From the NCBI RefSeq assembly GCF_006345805.1, contig NC_043000.1:30876001-30940000 (forward strand): a stretch of DNA of 64,000 nt. The letters are read 5' to 3'. A program made the position numbers and the translations under genes. The first letter of the stretch is position 1; each line of letters begins with the position of its first letter. The stretch is from Octopus sinensis (taxonomy: Eukaryota). Positions 12,401-24,257 of the stretch are shown here, one piece after another. The notes beneath the pieces were generated by a model. That model searched no databases and was not told where the DNA came from. It was given only the letters and a program-made list of their open reading frames with translations.

Positions 12401-13125
12401 AGACCCAGGAAGACCTGGGATGAAGTGATGAAGCATGACCTTCAAACATTGGGCCTCACCGAGGCAATGACTAGTGACTGGGACCTCTGGAAATATGCTG
12501 TGCTTGAGAAGACTCGGCAAGCTGAAATGGGACCATAACCTTGTGGCCTATGCCAGGGGTGTAACCAACCCACTTATGCATACCTTTCCTTCATTGGACA
12601 CTAAACTCTGCTTACGATGACCAGTTGAGGCAAGTGAAATCAAAATCGAAATCAAATTCGATAACTGGCATCTGTGCTAGTGGAGCGCTAAGAGTACCAT
12701 ATGAGCATGATTGTTGCCAGAGCAACAAGCTGGCCTCCGTGCTGGTGGCATGTAAAAAAACACCATTCGAGCATGATTGTTACCTGCGTCGCCTTACTGG
12801 CTCTTGTGCTGGTGGCACGTGAAAAAACATTCAAGCGAGGTCGTTGCCAGTGCCGCTGGACATGATCCTGTGCAGGTACCCAAAAAAAGCACCATTTGAG
12901 CATGACCATTGCCAGTACCACCTGACTGGCCCTCGTGCCGGTGGCACATAAAAGCACCCACTACAATCTCAGAATGGTTGGTGTTAGGAAGGGCATCAAG
13001 CTGTAGAAACTCTACCAGATCAGATTGGAGTCTGGTGCAGCCATCTGGTTTGCCAGTCCTCAGTCAAATCGTCCAACCTATGCTAGCATGGAAAACGGAC
13101 ATTAAATGATAATGATGATGATGAT
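9410..13125 (+). mobile_element. Near full-length RTE-clade LINE (EN + RT + 3'UTR + (GAT)n tail), pseudogenised
   Basis: EN motifs YKLFWEGNS-GVGILL, GDFNGHVG, QIDFIL. RT motifs KGKGD...NYRGIKLL, QFGF, GVHQGSVLSPLLF, LLYADDL, FRYLG. Several stops and frameshifts. 3'UTR 12539-13125 ends in GAT repeats. Confidence 0.93.
9502..9733 (+). mobile_element. Nin-like SINE inserted in the RTE endonuclease
   Basis: 17-bp TSD AGGTAATAGTG(G/A)TGGAA (9485-9501 / 9734-9750). EN reading frame resumes across it. Confidence 0.88.
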
Positions 13126-13129
13126 AACC

Positions 13130-14931
13130 TTTGCTCTTTGAGAAAACGAGTCAGGATCTCACCACAGTCTGACCATTTTCCACGCTTTTTTTGAAGTACT
13201 TATTTGAGAAACTTCAATTTTTCTGTTTGTAAATCTTGTTGGATTCAGTATATACATTATCTGTTTTTTTTTATTTTGAAAAAAAAAAAACTGATGTCTT
13301 GCATTAAACAGTTTTGCATGAAATCATTATCAATTGTTACGGGGTAGTTTGGCAGGTCACTGTATTCTTTGAAATCACTAAATTTGCTTCGTTTCCTGTT
13401 TCTGCTCTCTCTTTTCTTGAAATTCTTGACTACCATGATCATCATCTGCACCAAAAGTGTTAACAGTAGGTTGATTATTGCTAAACAGAGCACTTATGGT
13501 TTGTGCACCATCATTGACCTCACTGGTGCTTGCATAGCTTGTTTCAGTTGCAGGTGATGACAAACTTTTACTTGACATTGTAAAATAGTTTGATAGTTTT
13601 TGACATTTAGAAATTTCATTAGACTGCTTTTCCTTGAGTTAGCATTTCTGGTATCTGCTTAAGTACTTTCTTGAAGACATGGCACCTGTGCCGGTGGTAT
13701 GTGTAAAAGATTCGAGGAAGGTCGTTGCCAGTACTGCCTGACTGGCCCCGTGTCAGTGACACGTAAAAGCACCCACTACACTCTCGGAGTGGTTGGCGTT
13801 AGGAAGGGCATATAGCTGTAGAAACTCTGCCAGATCAAGATTGAAGCCTAGTGCAGCCATCTGGTTCGCCAGCCCTCAGTCATTCGTCCAACCCATGCTA
13901 GCATGGAAAGTGGACGTTAAACGATGATGATGATGATGATTGCTATTCCTCTTCGGGACTAGACCTCTGTGAAAAAAAAAAAAAACTGAGGTAATATTTT
14001 CATTAGCCACAGTAAAACAGAGATCAATCAAAATAAGGGTCTACAACTTAATATATAGTCATAAATGAAGAATTCTTTATTTTGTACAAGGTGATAGTCA
14101 AACAATTTTTAAAGTAGAAAAAAATGCTTTGTAACTGAACAGATTGTAAGTCAAAAATTAGGAGGCAAATCCTTTCATTGGTCATTAAATAATGGTGTCC
14201 CGCTGAGAAAATAAGAATTCTTACCTCTATTGTGCTGATGTTGGAGTAGACATATTTGACAATGGGAGGGGCAAGGCTGAAGTTTCCAAAATAATTCAAG
14301 GAAATAATTGTACTTTTATTTTTTATACTACTCCACACTGGCAGAAATATCAGGTAGAACAGTTTGTAGCTAGACACTGCATGTCTAGACTCTGTGTAGG
14401 AGTACGAGATAACATCCACTAAGACTAGTAACAGCAATCATCATCACCATCATCATTGTCGTTTAACGTCCACTTTCCATGCTAGCATGAGTTGGACAGT
14501 TTGACTGTGGGCTGGCAAACCAGATGGCTGCACCAGGCTCCAGTTTTGATCTGGGTCTACCTCTTCCACAGGTTCTCTCAACCGCTAGGGTGTGGAACTT
14601 TTTTACACAGCTATCCTCATCCATTCCTGCCACATGACCATACCAGCACAGTCGTCTCTCTTGCACACCACATCTGATGCTTCTTAGGTCCAACTTTTTT
14701 CTCAAGGTACTTACACTCTGTCGAATATGCACATTAACATTACACATCCATCAGAGCATGCTGGCTTCATTCCTTGCGAGCTTATGCATGTCCTCAGCAG
14801 TCCGGCATGGCAAAATACAAAAACAAAAAGACTGACAGAATGAAAAAATTAAGTAGCTTCAGAGGATCCCCTTCTCGGATTAGGGGCCCTGAAGCTTAGG
14901 CTTCATTAGTTTTAAAGTAGATCTGCCACTG
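13130..14931 (-). mobile_element. hAT (Tip100/Zaphod-like) remnant: 5' terminus plus N-terminal transposase (TTF-type Zn-finger region), interrupted by RTE 3'UTR copies
   Basis: Terminus CAGTGGCAGATCTAC...CTAATGAAGCCTAAGCTTCAGGGCCCC at 14931-14883. Minus strand from 13680: MSSRKYLSRYQK...QKLSNYF...KKSVENGQTVVRS*LVFSKSK, typical of ZMYM1-like hAT transposases. Confidence 0.65.
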
Positions 14932-14960
14932 ACTGGCAGTATTTATTTGTTGTTTTCTCT

Positions 14961-15685
14961 GATGTAACTACAAAAGAAATGTTGGACTTAATGGCATTAA
15001 AAGAAATAACTCGTAGTATTGACATTAAAAATGTGTTTGAGAGAACCTTAAGAAATGCTGATGTTCCACTGAATAAACTCATAGGTGTTGCACCTGCAAT
15101 GGTGGGAAAAATGTAGGATTAATTGCACTTATGAAAAATGATCCCAGCTTTCCAGAGTTTCTCCCTGTTCATTGTGAACACCTGGCAGCCAGATACTTCA
15201 AGTATGAAGATGTTATGAAATCTGTCCTTGAAATTGACAATTTCATACAATTAAATGGGAAGACTCACCGACAGTTCAGAAAATTTATTGAAGAGCTGGA
15301 GCTTGAAGATAAACCCAGTGATGTCTCTTTCCACTGCATTGTGAGGTGGATGTCAACCAGCAATGTCTTGAGTAGATTTGTTAATCTGTTTGAGTCTATA
15401 ATTACTTTTCTTAAAGAAAAGTAAAGATCCTATCCTCAACTGGAAAATGATGAAGATCTGAGGTTCCTTACTGATATAATGAATCATCTACAAATTCTCA
15501 ACGTAGCACTCCAGGAGAAGAATAAGATTGTTTCTGATCTTACTCAGACAATTTTCAGCTTTCAGAATAAAATAAGAGTTTTTCAAAGAGAAATATTGTC
15601 AAGAAACTTCAGTCATTTTCCCAGTCACAATAGGAGAGTAAATACATTCCCTGATATTGAAATAAAAGACGACAAGATGGAAGAA
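14961..15685 (+). pseudogene. hAT transposase fragment (Charlie/SPIN, GTF2IRD2-like)
   Basis: KEMLDLMALK...APAMVG, VHC-EHLAA, FHCIVRWMSTSNVLSRF, FLTDIMNHLQILNVALQ...FSFQNKIRVF...NFSHFP, with stops and frameshifts. Confidence 0.85.
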
Positions 15686-16430
15686 TCATCATCGTTTAAC
15701 GTCCGCTTTCCATTCATCCAAGGACGAATGCCTGAGGGCTGGCGAACCAGATGGCTGCACCAGGCTTCAGTCTTGATCTGGCAGAGTTTCTACAGCTGGA
15801 TGCCCTTCCTAATGCCAGAGTGTAGTGGGTGCTTTTACGTGCCACCAGCACGGGGCCAATCAGGCGGTACTGGCAAAGACCTCGCTCAAATCTTTTACAC
15901 ATTCCACTGGCACAGGTGCCAGTAAGGCGATGCTGGTATTGATCGCGCTCGAATGGTGTCTTTTACGTGCCACCGGCACGGAGGCCAGATAGCCGCTCTG
16001 GTAACGATCACGCTCGGATGGTGCTCTTAATACCCTACGAGCACAGGGCTCGAGGTGACGCTGGTAACGATCACGCTCGAATGGTACCTTTTAAGTGCCA
16101 CTGACACGGAAGCCGGTTAGCCGCTCTGTCAATGATCATACTCATATGGTGCTCTTGGCACCCTGCTGGCACGGACACCAGTCATCGAATTTGATTTTGA
16201 TTATTGATTTTTGATTACACTTGAGTCAACAGGTCTTTGCAAGCAGAGTTTTAGTGTCCAAAGAAGGAAAAGGTATGCACAAGTGGGCTGGTAATGCCCC
16301 TGGCATAGGCCACGAGATTATGGTCTCAATTGGCTTGCCGGGTCTTCTCACGCACGGCATATTTCCAAAAGTCTCGGTCACTAGTCATTTCCTCGGTGAG
16401 GCCCAAAGGAAATGACCAGTGACCGATTCT
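15685..16430 (-). repeat. Long RTE 3'UTR copy
   Basis: Tail, several GTGCCACCGGCAC sub-repeats and the end of the ORF. Confidence 0.85.
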
Positions 16431-17370
16431 CCCCTATATACATTTATGCTATTTAAAAAAAAAGTTTTCAACCCCACTCCTCACCTAATTGTTTATAATT
16501 TTTAAATATTGGAGAGCCTGAGTAGGTCATTGCAGGAATTTATCCAGAGATTTAAAAAACAGGCATGTAAAAGATAACTTATTTTAATACCATACTTTTC
16601 TTGTAGTTACAGACACACACTTGGTTCAGGAGGAAGGTGGGGTATAAAATTTCTGTTGCTTGTATCCCAGCAATGGATCACACAAGTGTTACTTCCGCAT
16701 TACCCACTCCATAAAATGTGTTTATCGAGAGAAAACTATAGAAAAACATCAATACATGTGAGAGTGATAAAGAAAAAAGAAAGGTGGTCGTTAATGTGCT
16801 AGAAACAACAGCCAAATCTCCTTTAATTCAAACCTTTCCATCTGAAAATTTTTTTTTTTTAACCGAAAAGGCTTCTCCCACGGTTTTTAAATCGGTCCGA
16901 AGGGGGAAGAGAGGTGAAAAACATCATAGATTTTCAAAAATTTGTTTTCATAAAAGATCCCCTCCTTCTAATCATTTCGAAGGTCAAAAATTGGAAAATT
17001 CCCCGTCAAAACGGAGAAAATCCAATTTATGAGAGCGTCCTGATCCGAAACACCGACCAGCAAATTTGAAAGTGCTTTATTATTTCTAGCCGTAAAGTGT
17101 CCTTCGATTTTATATGAACAACGTGAATTTGGCTGTTGTTTCAAGCATGAAGGATGATGATATATGGGGAAAGTACTTATATGGAAAAAATAAATAAATA
17201 AATAAAATAACATACAAACTTAAAAGGAATCCAAACAAAAAATTTTCTGATAAAAATGAAAAAAAAGGAGGGTAGAATTTAAATTTTGAAATACTGATTC
17301 TACCGATTTTTTTTGCATAATCTGAATGTGTTTTTTTTTTTAATCAAAAAGGGGTGGAGTGTGTATGTTA

Positions 17371-17609
17371 GGTACTACTTGAGAACAGTGGTCCCGGTGC
17401 GCGCACTCGCGCATCCGCACTAGCTAGTCGTGACTAGTTGATCCTACGACTACCTAGCAAAGTAAATAAAACACAAAATAAATAATTTTTTTACACAAAG
17501 TAAATAAAACACAAAAACACAAAGTAAGGATCGACTAGTCATGACTAGCTAGCGTGGATGCGCGACTACGTGAGTGCGCGCACCGGAACCACTGCTCTCA
17601 AGTAGTACC
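17371..17609. mobile_element. Mutator-like MITE (long TIRs, 9-bp TSD)
   Basis: About 80-bp imperfect TIRs starting GGTACTACTTGAGA and ending TCTCAAGTAGTACC. Perfect 9-bp TSD TGTATGTTA (17362-17370 / 17610-17618). Confidence 0.82.
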
Positions 17610-18662
17610 TGTATGTTACACCTCTGCTAATTATTCAAGGTGCACTTCGGTCTTTTTAACAGTAAAATGTGACGTAAGGGAGATTTGGCTGTTATTTCTA
17701 GCGGGTCGAGTGACAATGCTGAAACTTGCCGCTTCGATGACTCATAATATCAATGTTATTGTTTAGCTTCTGCTGATGCTTCTTGATCGGGAACATCTGA
17801 GATGTTCCAGCTATGAACACCCTACCTCCTTTAAGGATATTTAAAAAATTCATTATATAATTTGTCCTTAATTTTTTGGCTGCTATTTCTAGCCAGTCGA
17901 CGACCGCAGAGTAGCTTTCTTCGTCTCGGATTGCGCCGCTTAAGTTAATATCGCCAGTAAAAATAAACTTTCGGTAGAAAATTTTACCAATAATTTTTCA
18001 TGGTTGTCAACATACAGCATAGATATTAACGTTTACTACTGTAATCAAAAGTAAATTCATAAATCAGGGCGGCGGGGAAAGGAGTCTTCCTCACTCAACG
18101 TTGCTTTAGAAATAAGCGGGTTTTCTCTTGTTTACGTTTGGGAGGGTGTGTCTGGAAATATCACCAAAGCTGGGTTTTAATTGGTTGAATTATTGAAAGG
18201 AAAATATTTCTGTCACTCACGTAAAAGAGCTATCGGTTCACTTAAAAATATATATTTATTTAAATATAACAGACAGTTGGAAATATATTAGATTTGAGAA
18301 AAAAAATGAAATTATATAAATAAATAGAAACGAGCGTCAAATTAACAACAGTCCTTACTTATCGGATATATTGGTGCAATGCATGCTGGTCGTAATATTA
18401 TCTAGCAGTGATTTCGATACCGGAAGAAGGAAAAATGTGCAATTATATCAATAACTATTGAAAAATCGAGTTGTTTCTTATCCAGTTTTATAATTATGTA
18501 GAAATAATCTATTATCTATCAAAAAATTGTAATGTCAATTTTGGAAACTTGATGAAATGAGGTAAACGCTAGCTCACGTGATCTTCCGATTTTTTGTTTT
18601 TACGTCCGGGCATTTACGCCACTCTCTCCCCCCCTTTATTGGTTAGCATTGTGGGTAACTTC

Positions 18663-19580
18663 AATATGGCGGCACCCATATTGAAGTGGAAGCGAGTTAC
18701 CAATACGGCGGGGCCATGTCCCAGGCCACGACATGGACATCGAGCTGTGGCGATCAAAGATCTTATGGTTGTATTTGGTGGTGGCAACGAAGGAATTGTG
18801 GACGAACTCCACGTCTACAATACAGGTAAGTTGATTGTAGCAGACAAAAAAATGTCGGTGGTGGTGCCAGCCCCCCCTCCCTTCAATCAATGATTTTCCT
18901 GCCTCCCTTTACAAATGATTCCCCCTACAAAATGGCGACTTTTTGTTATTGATGTTGAAGAGTTTTGGCGCCACAGAAATCTTCGATTTCTTGTATTAAT
19001 CTTAAAATTTAAATCCCAATTACACTCTTCTATAGAAAATATAGTCTTGTGTCTATTTAAATGAAATTATTATCTGCACAAGTTTTTTGGTTTTAATTAT
19101 TTTTTTTCAAAGCCATGTCGAATTGGCGTTTGTTTTGCTGTTGGAACCGACGCCAAAGACACCGATGTCGCCGGTTACTCGTCTATTGGCACACTCCTTA
19201 TTTTTGTTGTTGTTAACATTTGTGACTTACACCGATAAACCTGTCAGTTGTTTTCTTGCCCTCATGCCCTCTTTAGTTGGCTTGTTAGTCACGAAGAAGC
19301 TGCTTCTGTTGTCATGTCGCCTTATTTCAACGTGACGAGACGCTACTTTTCCAAGATGGCGGCGCCCAATGATGATGTGCGTTGATTTGTAAATAAACCT
19401 TAAATGCTCGTCCGATCGCCTTATCAAATTTGATTTTCTTTCTGTTTCAACAGTTTACTTCTATACTACTGTGTTAGTTGCCACTGGAGTGTGTGATGAT
19501 TTGATAATGTTAAAGTAAATGTCATTGTTGGCGGCGCCATGAGATTCATCTGCTCTAAACATGGCGACTGACGCCATCAT
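18663..19580 (+). promoter_or_regulatory. Cluster of YY1-type motifs (AANATGGCG)
   Basis: Exact matches at 18663 (AATATGGCGGC), 18929 (AAAATGGCG), 19353 (within CAAGATGGCGGC) and 19558 (AACATGGCG). Weaker CGCCAT cores at about 19535 and 19572. Confidence 0.65.
18666..18825 (+). CDS. HCFC1: Host cell factor 1 orthologue, coding exon 1 (Kelch repeat start)
   Basis: aatATGg start. Encodes [53 protein letters not shown], nearly identical to the HCF-1 N-terminus as recalled. Donor G|GTAAG at 18826, phase 1. Confidence 0.96.
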
Positions 19581-21367
19581 TATTACTATCACTATGGCTT
19601 ATTGTATATATATCTATATATATATACACACACACTCATACATTTTATATATATACACCACTTTGTGTGTATGTCACTCGCTCACTCACACACACACATA
19701 TATATATAGTGTTTAATGCAAACAAACATCTTGTCTCTTATTTTCATCATTATGAATTTTTTTTTAATAGACGGATAAAATTATTTTTGTGGAGAATTGA
19801 TATTTATGATTATAGTTCTTAATGCAATCTATTGCATTGCTTACTGGTAGCTGCACACACACACATTTATAGAAAGAGAGAGTGTGTGTGTGTATTTAAA
19901 TCAGTCCAGTAGTTCTGCGATACTAGTATATTGAACAGTTTATATTGCAGCATTTTTCTCTAACTGTGAATTTCATAAACACATTTTCCCCGAATTTCCT
20001 AAGCGGTTAACATTAAAAAAAAGTGTTTTTTATTTTCTTACACAATCTTCTTTTGAATTCGGCAGTTTTTGCAATCATTTTTGGTAATCGTTTCTGTTTG
20101 TTAAATACGTTTTTTTTTTTTTTTTTTTGATTTCTTAAAGTGTAAATGATTATAAATTTTTTTTTTAATGGTTCAGAAATGTAACTACCTTGTTTATTTA
20201 CTTCGGTTGTGACATTGAGTCATTGGATTTGTCTCCCTTTCTAGTGGAACTCTCCTAATACATTATGCTAATGTTCCTCATTGATTGCCAGGGGATACAT
20301 TTTCTTCAGATCTACACAATGACAATATTTATTGAAAGATTTACCATTTATTACTGTTCCAGTGAGTGCTTAGGTTTGACAGCAAACTTATGACACAAAG
20401 GCGTTACAGACGTAACCATCTTGTCGTTATTTTTAGATTTGTTGTTCTTAGGACTTCCAAATATAATTAGGAAGTTTACATGTTAGAGATGAATTTCAAA
20501 TTGTGACTTGGTTCCAGCCTTGGATGTAAAGTAAAATGTTTACTTTTTTTCATAGATATACAAATATGTATCAGTATATTACTGGTATCTGGTGAACTTT
20601 AACTAGCTGGTTCCTCTTGATTCTTCTCGACAGCAAATAAACTGTTTATAATTGAAACCAGTAAGGAGCCTCTATACGGTTGCCGGCTTGCTAGAAATAG
20701 CAGCCAAATTTCCCCTCAAATCACACTGACGTTTTAAAAATAGGAAAGTCAATGCATAATGTAGTTTAAGATAATAGTTATGTGAAAAAATAGGGATGGT
20801 TATGACTGGAACACCTTTAATCATAGTTTTGTTCGATCAAAACTGATCCGAGCTAAGTAACAGATCCATCTCATTATTGATATTATTTTATTATCCACTT
20901 CCAGTTATATTTAATTTTCAACTACTTCATCTAAAATGAATATAAATCGCAGCACATTACCTTCCATTGCTTGTCGTGTCTCTTGCATGAGATATGCCTT
21001 TTTAATTTTATTTTGAAAGTTCTAACTCAAATGACACAGTGTATCTGATGGTAAAAATTATACTTTTTTTTTTGTTAATGGAATAACGAAACTCCTTCGA
21101 TTTATAATATATTTTTCTTTTATAAGTTAGCTTTGTCTTTCATCTTATGTGATCAATAAAGTACCAGCCAAGTACTACGGTTGATTTAATCGATTAAACC
21201 CCTCCCTCTGAAACTACTGGCCTTGTGCTAAAATTTGAAACCATTAACATACCGGACAAAATATTTAGTGACATTTCGTCCGCCTTTCATCCTCCCGGGA
21301 TCGATGTAATTGACTAGCCTCCTTCCCCAGAACTTCAGGCCTTGTGCCTCTGGTAGAAAGTATTATT

Positions 21368-21850
21368 ATTATTGAGTGAGAGAGCAGTGCATTCCATCAA
21401 AGTGACACTGGAGTAAAATAGACGAAGCTCAGTATACCCATCATTACCATCCGTCTGATAAGGTTACTCCAAGCACATGCAGGTGGGACCCAGTTAGAAT
21501 TTTCTTCAGGTCAAGTAGCCCATCCCACTCAAAAGGTCCCTGAATAAGGTTTGTTTAAGTATGTTGAATGAAACGCCCTTGTTTCCAGAAGTGAATTATT
21601 CAAACTCCAAAGAATTCCTTAATGTATGGCTATGATGCTCCTCTACTTCTGCTCGTGATCAGAGATGCACATATTGTCAGCTACCAAGAGACATGCTCAA
21701 CTGGTTACTGTCAAACAACTGACAAGCAAATCTGTGGTATTGAGCAGAATATTTGTTGTAGACCATCTTTTATACCAAGCCAAAAAAACATGTACATGAT
21801 AACACTTCCAGTCAGTTAAGATCAGAAATCATGAGAGCCAATGACTGGTA
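21368..21850 (-). repeat. Interspersed SINE/LINE-tail-like repeat with (AAT)n tail, family unassigned
   Basis: Minus strand ends ...ACTGCTCTCTCACTCAATAATAATAAT. Recognised as repeat-like from recall only. Confidence 0.4.
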
Positions 21851-24257
21851 CAGTATGGTTAAGGGAAAATACCCCAGGGGAATGTTCTTCATATCAAATA
21901 TAAATATAGTAATCTCCCATGTATTAATTGAGAATTGAAAATTTTTGATTAACAGAGAATATTTAAGTGATTAGTAAACAAAGTCTACCTTCAAGAGTTG
22001 AAAATCTAAAAAGAAAAGTCGTCCAAGTGCAGATTGGAGTGGATATGGAATTCTTGATGCCTGATTGACAGAAAAGGTAGATGTGAGAAAAGAATTACTT
22101 GCAGCTGTATAATTAGATTGTGTAGTCATTAGTATTTCATATGACTATTGAAGAGGAATGCAGCACCTGTGATGATTTTGAGGGTTTCTGTGGTTGGTGG
22201 GAGGCTGTTGTCTTCAATGTGGTATTGTGCTGACGATAGGAATTGAGATGGCAGTGATGGTCGACAGTTTGTAGAATGGGAACCAAAATACCTTCAGATG
22301 TCATCCAGTTACATCTCTACATTTAGAGTTTAAAATCTGGAGTTGATATTTTGCCTGGAATCAATTAAATTGACCTGACTATCATCACTAAACTCGTAAC
22401 CCTGGGCCAAGGCTAAACTGCAATTTTCTCTCTTTATAATGCAATAAAATAATTTAGTTGTATATCATTTTTCCAGTTTCAATTTCTGTTAATTAAATCT
22501 GATTTTAATACACTTTATTATTCAAGTTATTTTGAGGAGAAAATTTTAGGTAATACAAGAATAGTTTTTTATGTAATTCATAATATATTTACTTTTTACA
22601 CTCAGTGGTGATATTTATATATACTGTAGTTAGCATAAGACGCATTCCAATTTCATCAGTACACATTCAGATAAAGTTTTTAGTGTATTAAAATTTATGG
22701 GAAGCCCAGTTTTGCATATAGAACCAGTGTTGCTTCTCTCTCTCTTCAGACTTTTTTGAAAAATGTCTGCCTTTTGAGCTTATGTACCATCAAATATCGT
22801 ACATGTTTACATTTTAAAATAAAACTTCTCAACTTACATGTCACAACTTGATGTATTCATTGTTTATTAGGCCAATCATTATTAAATTCAATTTATACTG
22901 GTGTTTTTGTTGTTGTTTTTCAGTAAAATATATAAATATAGGAATATTTATCCATAGTGAATTTATGTCTGCTTTTTGTGACCACCACCAGCAGTGGTGG
23001 TGGTGGGTTGCGTCATAAATTGCAAGACTAAGGAGCTCCTATGTCATAGAAGGAGAATAGAAGAAAGGAGGATGATTTTGGGTGATGGATTGGAAGGTTA
23101 CAGTATAATAAAAAGGAAGAAACAACATGTCTATCATTATCAAGTAGATGGGGTGATACTCCATCTACTTGAGAGATAAGGATATGATAGTTCTGAGAGG
23201 CCAGAGTGCACCCTCAAGGTAATGTGGAGGGCTAGAAAGCCCATGGTGACAGAAGGATCAAGGTGTAGGGGTTCAAGTTACAAGAGTGAAGAGAGGGAGT
23301 GAGTCATCATCATCATCATTTAACATCCATGTTCTATGCTGGCATGGGTTTAATGATTTGACAGGAGGATCTCATAGCCTCTAGGCTCACATTGAGCTTC
23401 AGCATGATTTCCATGGCTGGATGTCCTTCATAACGACTTTACAGTGCACTGGGTGCTTTTACAAACTTCCAAGACAGGAAGAGTACAGAAGGGTATATTT
23501 TTGAGACCGAGTCAGCAATTTCTGCCAGGTATATAGGGAGGCAAAAGTATAACAGTGAAGCAAGCACAGGTTCTTGCGATAGAGAAGATACATGGATACC
23601 CTGCATTGTATATGGGTAGGTGGGAGTAACTGGAAAGAATGTAGAGCTGGTGATAATGAGAGGCCATACGGCGGTGAGCTGGCAGAATCGTTAGCACGCT
23701 GGGCGAAATGCTTAGTGGTCTGCCACTACACTCTGAGGTCGACTTTGCCTTTCATCCTTTTGGGGTCGATAAATTAAGTACCAGTTATGCACTGGGGTCG
23801 ATGTAATCAACTTAATACCTATATCTGTCCTTGTTTGTCCCCTCTATGTTTAATCCCTTGTGGGTAATAAAGAAATAGGTAATGAGATGCCAGAGCAGGG
23901 ATGGCAGTAGTCATAGGTAGATGGGGTAAGTGGATGGTGGGTAAGAAGAATGAAGGATGGCAGGTAGAAAGTGTTTCAGCTGAGTGAGAATGATGACTGG
24001 CAGAACAAAAATGATAATGTATATAGTAACAAGTTCTGCTTTTATTAATTACAGCAGCCGGCTAATACAGTAGATAGTAGAGTGGTAGGGTACTGAGGAA
24101 TGTGGGTGTAGCTTTAACAAGGACCACCTTTTCTGCACTCAATTCTGAGCCAAGCAGGTAGATTCTATTAAATTATAACCATTATAAAGTGCCAAATTCA
24201 TTACACCAGATGGTTTGGGGTGCCATTTAGTCCTCTTTACATTTTGATTTATTAACA

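Larger units (their letters stand above)
17900..19600. promoter_or_regulatory. CpG-enriched unique promoter / first-exon / proximal intron-1 region of HCF-1
   Basis: CG dinucleotides are visibly much denser here than in the CpG-poor flanks. Contains TCACGTGA E-box (18574-18581) and CTTCCG ETS-like core (18583-18588). TSS not determinable from sequence. Confidence 0.6.

Noticed and set aside
13257-13578. Minus-strand ORFs suggesting a divergent neighbour gene
   Set aside because: They are frameshifted pieces of the hAT transposase N-terminus. No spliced divergent gene was found.
18594-18665. In-frame upstream extension of exon 1 in the ORF track
   Set aside because: It starts at TTG. Homology begins at ATG 18666, which has a good Kozak context.
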